NCBI GenBank assembly: GCA_051294375.1
Contig: CM119268.1
Span: 13,523,761 to 13,587,760 of the forward strand
DNA length: 64,000 nt
Reading direction: 5' to 3'
Origin: Paraspadella gotoi
Taxonomy: Eukaryota; Animalia; Chaetognatha
The notes under the pieces are model-generated. The model was not told the DNA's origin. It was given only the letters and a program-made list of their open reading frames with translations, and did no database searches. This document shows, piece by piece, positions 1-19,216 of this stretch. A program made the translations under genes and the position numbers. The stretch's first letter is position 1, and each line of letters starts with the position of its first letter.

Positions 1-927
1 CCCTACGTGAATAAAAATGAATTTAGAATTATGAAACTTTTTTTCATTTGAATATGCTGATTTCGAATTTAAATTAATCTGTTAATATTTTATTTCCCAG
101 GGAGCGTATGAGAACTCTTTAGTAAAATCTCCTTTTGTTGAACCTAATTTCCATATTCCATAAATTCTTTTATTGTTGCCCATTCGTGACATATGTGAGT
201 TTCGACTTGTTTTATGTCGTCTTGTAGTACAAACTAAAACAGTAGCGATTATTTTCTTAGAATGTTTCGGATTTATCGTAATATAGTATTTTCTCTCCAA
301 ACTTCAGGTAAGAAAATAATTAAGGCAACAAATGTGTAAAAATACGTAGTTCTTAGAAGTAGTGCATATTTAGTGATTCTTAAACGTCACTTAAACTTAA
401 ACTTGATCGATGTGTACAATGACAATTATCAGTGAAGTTTGTAAAAAATCCATAGCTCATAAGCTTTTTAAACACGTTGAAAGTTATAAATAAATATAAA
501 TAATGATTTAAACTTAAGACAGTAGACATTATTGAATGAAAACCCCTTATGCATACATAATTACATATATACTTATTACAATTTCAGAACTACGTAAAAC
601 TATAAAATAAAAATCTTAAAAGCATAATAAGGATTATCAAAGCCATTATGATATTCATTCATTGATGCAGTTCAGGTCATTCAGTATCGTAGAACTAACA
701 AAACAATGCACGGTTATGAGAAGAGTAAAGAGAGAGAGAGGATGTAGAGGAATGGCAGAGGAGAAGATGAGAGAGGAGAATGATGAGACTGTATAGGCCC
801 GCAGCTTCGCTCTAACATCCAACATAATCGCCTCCCCACCTCGCGATCGGAGAACGTCATACGACGGATAAGAGAGAGCTGGACAGTTCCCAACGAAATC
901 GCCACTCATAATTTTTAGTGGAAAAAA

Positions 928-2564
928 TTCTTAAAACAATAGGAATCGAGCCAGCTTTCGCATAGTCAAATATTAATGCGATGTAAAACTAAAAATGAAA
1001 TCCATGATAACCAATAATTGATGCGAGATAATAAAAAATCTGAGTGTTGATGAAGATAATCAAATGATTGATTCATGTTAGTCATTTCATTGAGATGTTA
1101 TAATCATTCATTGATATATTATTCATAATTGACAATCTATTGATGCGATGATAGTCATTCATATGACGCGATGAGTCATCAACTCTCGTTTATATATAAG
1201 AATAATCAAAATTTTTAGAAAAAAAAATCACACGAAAAATCTCGGATATAAATTCGGGATTTTGTATTGAGAAAAAACGCGCGAGGTAAATAATGCGGAA
1301 ATAAAGAAAAAAAAGATAATCAGCAATTTTTAGGAAAAAAAAAAAGCGCGATATAAATGGCGGAATAAAGAATAATAAAGAATAATCCAAAATTTTTAGA
1401 AAAAAAAATTCATCGAACGAAAATCTCGGATGTAAATTTGGGATTTTGTATTGAGAAAAAAGCGCGGAATAAATGGCGGAATTAATAGAAAGAAAAAAAG
1501 AGAGGACAGAGAGAGAGAGAGAGAGAGAGGAAGAGACAGAGAGAGAGAGAGAAAGATAGAGAGAAACTGGACCGCCCTGCAGAGCTGAACTCGTTTTTCG
1601 ACGTATCTGAGTAGGGACGAACTCTTTTCCTTTCTAATATTTTTTTTACTTATCAAAAAAAATTTTATTGTCCTCATCTTAAAAAAGTTTTAATCTTGAA
1701 TGAAATTTTAGATTGTTCTTTTTTTTTAAGAAGAAAAACCAGACGAGGTCAAATTCATATTTGCAATTTTAACTAATTTATAAATATATATCCCAACTAA
1801 AATAATTATTATTTTAAAAAAGAATAAAAATGATTAAATATATACACTAAAAAAATTTACAATTTTAAAATTTTAAAAATTGTTAGAATAACACAAAAAA
1901 AGTAATGTTTAATTTGACAATATTCTCTCTTCTCAACTCCTATTTTAGATATAATTTGCCAATAGTGGCCGACCGGTCCAAAGTTACATAAATAACAAAA
2001 ACAAAAAAATTTTTTTTGTTAGAAAGTTATATATGCAATTAAATTAATCCGCGCAATTGCCGGACATATAGCAGCTATATGTACAGCAGCAAGCTGATGT
2101 ACATGTGACATTGCCTGCATTTTTTTCTAAAATGAATCCATCAAAATCTCGGATGTAAATTTGGTTTTTGTATAGAGAAAAAAAAATAAATGGCGATAAT
2201 AAAATTTTTAGAAGGAAAAAAATAATAAGAATTTTCAAAAAACGAACGATCGTACATGGATGAGAGGAAAGGAAGAAGAAGAGAGAGAGAGAAGAGAGGA
2301 GAGAGAGAGAGAGAAGAGAGAGAAGAGAAGAAAAAGCTGAACAGAGCCGGAACTCGTTTACTCGTTTACTCGTCCCTGGTGAAAAAAAAAAAGTGACTAA
2401 AAAATTTTTTTTTGTAAAAAAAAAAAGAGAGAGAGAGAGATAGAGAGGAGCCGGAACTCGTTTAATGACGGAGGTGAAAAAAAAGGTGACTAAAAATTAT
2501 TTTTGTACAAAAAAAGAGATAGAAAGAAGAGAAAGAGAGAGAGAGAGCAGATAGAGAGAAAGAT

Positions 2565-2615
<51 letters not shown>

Positions 2616-2666
2616 CCGGAACTCGTTTACTCGTTTACAAGTGAATAAATTTTTTTTTTGTAAAAG

Positions 2667-2717
<51 letters not shown>

Positions 2718-3099
2718 AGAAAAGAGAGAGAAGTTTTCCGCCAACGATACGCAATATTAGGTCACTCTTGTTTATATCGGCGTGATCTCGGTCAAGTTGA
2801 TTTTTTTTATACACGTATCGTTTCCGTTGCCATCAAAACGCGTTATTAGGTCATGTTCCTCGACATTGTTTACTCGTTGCCCCGCAACGGCCACGAAATC
2901 CAGGTCAAGTAAGTTATTCTTCACATTTTCTCAAAAAAATCCACGAAAATCTCAGATGTAAATTTGGGATTTTGTATTGAGAAAGAAGCGCGGAATAAAT
3001 GGCGATAATAAAAGTTTTTAGAAGGAAAGAAATAATAAGAATTTTTCAAAAAACGGTGGTAAAACAAAGTGAATAATTTTTTTTGTTAAAAAAAAAGAG

Positions 3100-3139
<40 letters not shown>

Positions 3140-3995
3140 AGAGAAGAGGGAGACGGAGGAGAGAGAGAGAGAGAGCCTGAACTCGTTTTTTTAAACGATT
3201 CAGAAAAGGCCGCGCCTGATCAAATATATATGTTTTTTAGAAAGAAAAAAATAATCAGATTTTTCAAAAAACAACGATCACGCAAGAGATCGCACACAAA
3301 GAGAGACAGAGAGAAACTGAACTCGTTTTAAACGATTCAGAAAACAGCGCCTAAAAAAAAAATATATATAATTAAAAATAAATAAAAGAAAGGCAAAAAA
3401 TGTTACAATGGTTTACAATTAGAAACTTTTCCAATTTTTTCCAATCGCAGCTTGTAAAAGATTTATTTTTATTTGTATTAAAATTAAGATATAGCTTCTC
3501 ATTAAAAAATCCTTTGAGTTCCATTTTTATTAGAATATTAAAAAAAATTTTTTGAATTTCTATCTTCAATATTATTATACTGATAATATTAAATTAGCTT
3601 AAAGCATTTCTATATACTAATTTGGATATTATAATCAGTACTATAATCTCATTTGCATATTGCAGTAAATCAAATGAAGTGGAATTCAAACAAAAAATAC
3701 TTAAATCCAAATGTAATAAGAAAATATCAAAGCTATTTCAAGTTGAGAAGCCATATCTAATTTTAACTTACTATGATCGCACACTTTTGTAAAACTTTAA
3801 AATAATTCATAATAATTTTTATTTAAAAAAAACGGTAAGTGACAGCCAAACCTTAAAAGCGTAGTAGTTTTTATATATGAAAACAGCGTGACGGACGACG
3901 ACGACGACGACGACGTCACAAAGAAGCTCACCCGAATCAATATCAAGCCTGCAACCGCTTCGCCGGTCATGGCTTGATAATAATAAAGTTATTCC
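928..3995 (-). mobile_element. Helentron-associated (HINE/DINE-1-like) non-autonomous element, copy 1
   Basis: Reverse-complement homologous to 30287-33274 along its length, with different flanks. It has a terminal palindrome (~3945-3976) next to a (GAC)n microsatellite (3895-3915), and repeated internal modules (AAAATCTCGGATGTAAATTTGGGATTTTGTATTGAG-like at ~1237, 1420, 2143, 2947; GGAACTCGTTT-like at ~2349, 2453, 2619, 3179, 3319). Sequence is noisy. Confidence 0.6.
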
Positions 3996-4117
3996 GAATT
4001 GAATGAAATACTTCTACTTTTCATTGAGCTTTATGCCTCGGTCCTAATTTTCAACATTTCTCCCTTTCAAAGAGAACATCCACATTTAACGGCGGCCATC
4101 TTGAATTTGTTTCACAG

Positions 4118-11310
<7,193 letters not shown>

Positions 11311-11437
11311 GGCTTTTTCCCTGTCGTCGTTTTAGTTCGATCTGTGTTATTTGCTCGCGCAAAGTTTTCTTGTGCAATATACATGTTGAAGAGACAGTAA
11401 AAATTGTTATGAGTTAGTGACAGAATCGTTCAATATA

Positions 11438-11587
11438 AGCAGTCCCTGAGCTTCGGATCAGGACGTAACACCGTGTTACAGGAGGGTCAAGCTCCCAGTC
11501 CCTCTTAATTGCTAGGTGACCACAGGGCGAGAACCCCGGACCTTTGGGTTGGGAGGCGAATGACCTGCCTCCTGCTCCAATGGCCGC
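11438..11587 (-). mobile_element. tRNA-derived SINE
   Basis: Minus strand reads GGCCATTGGAGCAGGAGG (A-box-like)...AGGTCCGGGGTTCTCGCCC (B-box-like), then a non-tRNA body. It is a GC-rich island just past the DNAI4 stop. Confidence 0.55.
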
Positions 11588-11774
11588 TGATGAACGGTTG
11601 GTGGATTTTAGTCCGCCATAATTTGAAATTTGTGAATTGAATCTCTCTTTGACTTCTCATTTAAAGGAAAAAACCTTTTCGTTGGATGATAGTTAAGTTA
11701 CTTAGCATTATGTTCCCAACTGCTGAAGGAACTGTGATTAGGCGACGCACAATAAAAAATCTTTTAAGTTCCAA

Positions 11775-14476
11775 TTTTCAAATACCGAACTATATAGGGT
11801 CGTGATAGCTTTATTAACACATGAAAAGTTAGGAAAAACAAACAGAATGATGTGTAGGGATTTCAAATGTGTAGGCTCGTGTATTAATTTTTTTTTTTTT
11901 TTGAAAAGGCAGAAAGGGTGTTTTTTTTTCTTTGTCAGTGACATAAGGTAATGACAGAAACATGCTTTAAAGGTTTTAACAGATCGGAATAAAAATTCAA
12001 ATAGATTCTTTGGAATGTTATGACAAAATATTAATGAACAGCGAAGGGGCGATGCTTTTAGGAAAATCAATCAGTTTCCCGTTCGAAAGTAAACATAATC
12101 ATTCTATGTACTAATCTATGTCAAATCGAATAATTTTAATTACGATGGGACACGTGTGCGTGTTTTTTTATGTTTTATTTAAAAGAGGATATGTTTTAAG
12201 AAATTATTAAAAGCATGTTTGAAAAAAAAGAGAGATGTTAGAAGTACATTTTAAAAGTTCAAGAATCTATAGGGAATAATTATGTTTGGCGGGATTATTA
12301 AATTACGGTCGTATTGACTATGAGGAATATTATAACTATCGCAAATAAAGATATAACATAGCATTAAAGATAAGGCTATGAGATGGTTTGGAACTTATTT
12401 AGCTGTTAAAAAGGATAAAAAAATCCTACTATTGTGTTTACTTGGAGTAAACCTTTTAGCATGTGTACATTTAAAGGCGTTAGGAGACAGAAATAGTTGG
12501 ACATGGGTGACAGTTGATTGCGTGAATAAAAAAAAATTAAAAACTTCAGAACGATTATTTTAATGATCTCAAGTGCCAGACTTGATCTTAATTCGCGGAG
12601 TGTTAAAAATAATGACCAACCTGAAAAAAATATAAAATGGTATTAATTTAATTCGACGGTCATCATGGCTTTCCCATTATCGCCTTAACTATCAGCAAAT
12701 ATTGAAAAAAAAATCTTTATTTTGGAACAATGTCCAAATGACATGCACGAATAACAACTATAGCTTTTGTTTTGTGGTAAAAATAGTTCTTTTTAATATA
12801 AACAGACTCAACAAACCAAAAAAAATTGGGAGTTATATTCCGACTCAAATGTTTGATTCGAGCGACGACGGACGGAGAAAGATGCTCATTTGTTTTGTAA
12901 TTTTGTTTTTTTTTTTTGAGAGAGAGAGAGAATAAATTGCCTTTGGCTTTTTTTTTTTTTATGTTTGTTTCCAACCCTACATCTCCGCGGGAGAGATGGT
13001 ACCGTCGTCGCTCTCTAGCCTGATGATGGGTATGATGTTCCTCCTCGTCCTTCCGCTCCTTCCTCCTCCCTCTCCCTTTTCCCCTTCCTCCTCTTCTTCC
13101 TCCTCCTCTTCCTCCGGCACGAAGAGGGTCGTTATCTGTTTGTCGCCCACCATCTCGCTCGCCGTCGGCCGGAAGTCGTCGCTGACGCTCAGCTCGCGCC
13201 GCAGCTGCTGCAGCTCCGAGGTGAGGCTGCGCTGGCGCCGGGGGAAGCGCGGCGGAAGCGGGGGAGGAACGGAGGCGGCGGCGGCGGGAAGGGAAGGGTC
13301 GTGGGAGACGGCGTCTTCTTGCTCTTCCTCGATGCTTTCCTGGGAAAGCCAAAGAAGGAAATGACAATCGAAAAGAAGGAGGAAATGGAACAGTGAGATG
13401 CCCCAATCCCAATGGGCATCACGGGCAAACCCTTCGCTCTTCACAACCGCGACAACAACAACCGTCCCCTGCACCTGCGGACTCATCCTCCTGCTGCTGC
13501 AGCTGGACTGAATCTCCGGCGAGAGTCGATCCGAATCGAAGGAGAAGGACGTCAGCAACGACAGCGAATCTTGATGGGGCAGTTGCTGGGGAGTCTGCTG
13601 GTGCAACTGGGACGACGGTTGGCCCAGTTGAGCCGGCGACGGAATCGGGCTGGGATGAGGCCGCGCCGAGTCGGGCGCGCGGGCTGCGGGGGATTCGAAA
13701 CTCCCGCCGCCGCCGCCGGCGGCTGAGGCGGTGATGCCGGCTCAGCATCGCTCGTGAGGAGGAATATGGGTGGAGTCTTTAGGGTGGGGGGGAGTTTGGG
13801 GGGGTTGGTCAAAGAATAGGTGGGTCGGTGATGCGAGGACATCGAAAACAAATCTCTTCTCCATTTCTTTTCTTTTATTCCCTCACGACGTCGCATTAAC
13901 GCTGACAATTTATATCTTCGGGCTCATCGGTTCCCATTGGCATTGGTTCGCTTCCCATCCGTTCTCACCAACCTTAATCCTCTTTTATTATGTATCTCCC
14001 TTCTTTACTCACTTGTCCGTGAGCGGCTCGGGCTTGATGAACTCTTGGAAGAGGGCGTCCGTCTTTTCGTCGATGCTGTAGTCTCTTCCCTTGTAAAAAC
14101 TGGTCATGTGACGAGCGTGTCGAAGTCCTGAGGGCAGGAGGGACACGTGACCGATGAGGTATATGGTCGGTCGTCGGTCGGAAGGACAAATGTCACCGAA
14201 TATTTAATTGACTATAGTTACTCAAATTTATCGTCAGATCGTTTGCCCATAAATTGTCAATAATTCGTCAAAAATCTTTTTTTTTTAAAAAATCATCGAT
14301 TGCGACGATCGGCAATCAATAGTCAATCAATAGTAACCAATAAATCCAAACCTTGTCCGGGGATTAGTTGTGAGGAGCGGAAGAATCGCTTGAAGATGGA
14401 TTCCTTGGCGGAGGCGTTCTCGTCGAAAGAGTCACGCCCGCGACTCCCGCTTCCAAGTCGAGGATGCTTAAATCAA

Positions 14477-14563
<87 letters not shown>

Positions 14564-17500
14564 GAGTTGATAAAAAGTTAGTGGGAGAGTGGTTTTTTAA
14601 CGTGATAAAGGGAGACTCGAAATAGAAGAAGACGAAAACTCGAGCAGAGTGGAGAATTGGGGGGGGGGCGGCTTTACGTTTTAAAAAAAATCCAATATTC
14701 TTTGCTCTTTTTCAAAAAAAAAAAGATCGGTTTATGCTGCGAAAGCTTTTCCTACCTCTAATAGGTTCATTAGGCTTTTAACCAATTTTCAATTTCATTT
14801 AAGCTCTTCAAAAGCAAAATTTTTTCAAGGTTTTTTTTTTTTTCACTCAATTTTTTCCTAACGATCGCCTTCGGCGTTTTTTTTTTTTTTTTTTTTTTGG
14901 TCTTAACCAAATCATCGTCTTTTTTAAAAAAAAAATTTTTACTCTTTAATAATTTCAATTCTTCTCGTTCGTGAAGGTTGATTTGGAGGCATTGAAGTTT
15001 TTAAAAATGTTCCCTCCTAACTTACCCCAAGCCCCAATTGGGGTCCGTGTAATACGAGTTTCCGTATTTCGAGTTCGTAAACTCTTTTCTTCTTTTCGCC
15101 GCCGTTTTGACGATGTGCGACGGGGGTGGGTTCTTCAGAGCGGATGACCTGTCGAGCGGGAGAGTTTAGTGGATTGTAAAGTATGTAATATGAAGAATGT
15201 AATATTATGTAATATGTAATAATGTATAAAATAATAGTAAAAAGAGAAAGAAAAATCAATCCAAAAAAATCAATCAATCAATCACTAAAAATAGCAAAAA
15301 AATTCCTCACACCTGAATCTATTCTTCCTGGAGGCGGCGTTGCCTTCGGCGATCTTCATCGCGTCCAGGGTTCGATCCAGCGAACCCGAAGACCTCAGCT
15401 GCTTCAGCATCTTCTCCTTTCCTCCGGGATGACTTCCCACACCTCCGACCGCTGCGCCGCCCATCGCTCCCGCGGATGCCGCCGCTCCTGCCGCCACCGA
15501 CGACATCCCCATCGCCTTCGCCGCCCTGATTCTTCCTCTCTTGTCCTCGGGCGAGTTTTGATGATTTGAGTGATGATGATTCTGATGATGAAAAGAATGA
15601 CGATTCGACGGTTCTCGATTCTCTTTGTCTCCTCCTCCTCCTCCTCCTACGACTTCTCCTCTTCCTCCTCCTCCAACGGCTCCTCCTTCTGCTCCTCCTC
15701 CTTCTTCTTTGACGCTCACCTTTTCTTCTTCCATGGGCGTAGGCTCTTCCTCCTTTTCATCTCTTTCTTTATCGAGTTCTTCTCCTCCTTCTTTTTCTCC
15801 TCCTCCTCTCCTTCTCCTCCTCCTCCTCCCTTCTCTTCTTCTTTTTCTCTCTCCTCTCCTCATCCTCACTCCCTTCTTCTCTTTCTTCTTTTTCTCCTCC
15901 TCCTGTCCTCCTCCTCCTCCTCCTCCATCTCCATCGTCCTCACCAGTGTCCATGGATTCCTCTATCAGATCGATCGAGTCTATGGTGTCGGTCTTGTCGA
16001 GAGTGTCGCCCTTTTCGACGAGAGTGTCGGTCTTGTCGAAGGTGCCGCCCGAGCCGCCGGTGCCGACGGTGTCGGCCGTGACCGTGTCCTGTCGGTCGGT
16101 CTCGAAGGAGCCGTCGTAGGAGCGGGAGGAGCCGGCCGAGAGTTGACGAGGTTGGGGCGAGGGGACTTCGGAGTCAGTTGAGAAAAATTGGGAGAAATCG
16201 AAACGATAAAGGAGATTTATCGAAAGGCGATTTACTTAAAAGAAGATTTATCGAAAGGCGATTTACTTAAAAGAAGATTTATTGTAAGGGAATTCATAAT
16301 TTCCCCTTTCGGCCAATGACTGAAGATTCTGAAGAAACCTGGGCCCGTCCTGGGGGCTTTGATTTCCCCCCCCNNNNNNNNNNNNNNNNNNNNNNNNNNN
16401 NNNNNNNNNNNNNNNNNNNNNNNNNNNNNNNNNNNNNNNNNNNNNNNNNNNNNNNNNNNNNNNNNNNNNNNNNNNGCCAATAAGCATGACACCTTCAGTC
16501 GTGACCCGCTGGCTCGTTGAGTAATGCCATTAGCTCATGACCATTAACTATTGGGATCGGTCCCCAATGGTACCTTGGGGGGCGCGAAAANNNNNNNNNN
16601 NNNNNNNNNNNNNNNGAAAAAGAGATTATGGACCAGTTAGATCGGATTAATTGCAATCGAATTGGTGACCAATCCGTTCGTCCGGAATTAATTGGACGAG
16701 GAGATAGTCGGTTCTAACCCGTCGCCCCACACCCCTTGCCCTTCTTCCCCTCATTTTCTTTCTCTTATATCCTTTAAAGTACAAAAAGCATGGAAAAACC
16801 AAGCTGCCTCCAACGCGCCGGCGACCGGTTCGCGGCTCGACTCTCTCCCTCTCTCTCCCGGTAGCTCGATCTCCCTCTCTATCCCCGATCGCTCGCTCTC
16901 CCTCCGCGTCCCCATCTCCCGGTCCCCGCTTCGACTTTTCCGTCCACGAAGTCCGGGTTCCTGTCTCCCTCGTCGCCCGAGCGAAGGGCGAAGGAAGAGG
17001 AAAGGAAGGCGGGGGCGAGTTTGTCCGTGCCGGCGGGTGAGGTGGGGAGAGGGGGGGGAAGAGGGAGAAGGGTGGGGATTAGACAGAGGGGAAAATAGTA
17101 GTAAAGTGTCGGGAAGTAGCCCTAGTATTCCTCAGTGCCTCTGGACCGTAAACACAGAGATAAGGGGGCTGAAGAGGCTTTCCGCAACTTCTTTAACCCC
17201 TCCAGCCGCCATGGAACGGAACCTGGGTTGAAACAGGCTTTTTCGCGCCCCAAGGTACCATTGGGACCGATCCCAATAGTTAATGGTCATGAGCTAATGC
17301 ATTACCAACGAGCCAGCGGGTCACGACTGAAGGTGGTGTCATGCTTATTGGCGGTGGGAACTTATTCAATGCCCGAAGAAGAGTGGATGTGTACTAAAAA
17401 AAAATGAACTTAAAATTGCGACCAAAAAAATTCAGTATGAATGAGAAATTAAGAGGGGGAGGGGAATCAACCCCAGGACGGCCCAGTTTCTCAGAATCTT

Positions 17501-19183
17501 CAGTCATTGGCCGAAAAGGGGAAATTATGAATTCCCTTACAATAAATCTTCTTTTAAGTAAATCGCCTTTCGATAAATCTCCTTTATTCGTTCGATTTTC
17601 TCCCCAATTTTTCTCAACTGGACTCCGAAGGTCCCCTCGCCCCAAACCTCGTCAACTCTCGGCCGGCTCCTCCGCCTCCTACACGGCTCTCTCGAGACCG
17701 ACCGACAGGACACGGTCACGGCCGACACCTGTCGGCACCGCGGCTCGGCGGCACCTTCGAACAAGACCGACACTCTCGTGGGAAAAGCGGCGACACTCTC
17801 GACAAGACCGACACCATAGACTCGATCGATCTGATAGAGGAATCCAAGACACTGGTGAGGACGATGTAGATTGGAGGGAGTGGAGGAGGAGGAGGAGGAG
17901 AAAAGAAGAAGAAGAGAGGGAAGAGGGGAGAAAAAGAAGAGGATGAAGAAGAACTCGATAAAGGAAAGAGATGAAAGGAGGAAGAGCCTACGCCAGGAAG
18001 AAGAAAAAGGTGAGCGTCAAAGAAGAAGGGGAGGAGAGCAGAAGGAGGGAGCCGGTTGGAGGAGGAGGGAAGAGGGAAGTCGTGGACGAGGAGGAGGAGA
18101 CAAAGGAATCGAGAACGTCAATCGTCAATTCTTTTCATCATTCAGAATCATCATCACTCAAATTCATCAAAACTCGCCCGAGGGACAAGGAGAGGAAGAA
18201 TCAGGGCGGCGAAAGGCGATGGGATGTCGTCGGGTGGCGGAGGGACGGCGGCATCCGCGGGGAGCGATGGGCGGCGCAGCTGGTCCGGAGGTGTGGGAAA
18301 GTCATCCGGAGGAAAGGAGAAGATGCTGAGCAGCTGAGGTCTTCGGGTTCGCTGGATCGAACCCTGGACGCGATGAAGATGCCGAAGGCAACGCCGCCTC
18401 CAGGAAGATATAGGATTCAGGTGTGGGATATTTTTTTGCTATTTATGATTGATTCATGATTTTTTTGGATTGATTTTTTCTTTTCTTTTTACTATTATTT
18501 TATACATTAATTACATATTACATAATATTACATTCTTCATATTACATACTTTACAATCCACTAAACTCTCCCCGCTCGAAGGTCATCCGCTCTGAAGAAC
18601 CCACCCCCGTCGCACATCGTTCAAAACGGCGGCGAAAAGAAAGAAAAGAGTTTTACGAACTCGAAATACGGAAAACTCGTATTACACGGACCCAACTTGG
18701 GGCTGTGGGTAAGTTAGGAGGACATTTTTAAAGAACTTCAATGCCTCCAAATCAACCTTCACAACGAGAAGAATTGAAATTATTAAAGAGTAAAAATTTT
18801 TTTTAAAAGCGATGAATTTGGTTAAGACCCGAAAAAAAAAAAAAAAAAAAAAAAACGCCCGAAGGCGATCGTTAGGGAAAAAAAAATTGATGTGAAAAAA
18901 AAAAAAACCTTGAAAAAATTTGCTTTTGAATAGCTTAAATGGAAATTGAAAATTGGTTTTAAAAGCCCTTAATGAACCCTATTAGGAGGTAGAGAAAAGC
19001 TTTCGCAGCATAAACCGAATCCCTTTTTTTTTTGAAAAAGAGCAAAAATATTGGATTTTTTTTAAAACGTAAAGCCGCCCCCCCCCAATTCTCCACTCTG
19101 CCTCGAGTTTTGTCTTCTTCTATTTTCGAGTCTCCGTTTATCACGTTACAAAAACCACTCTCTCCCCCACTAACTTTTATCAA

Positions 19184-19216
<33 letters not shown>

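Noticed and set aside
11438-11587. Functional tRNA genes at 11.5 kb and 62.5 kb
   Set aside because: They have A/B-box-like motifs but no complete cloverleaf, and run into unrelated bodies, so they were called SINEs.
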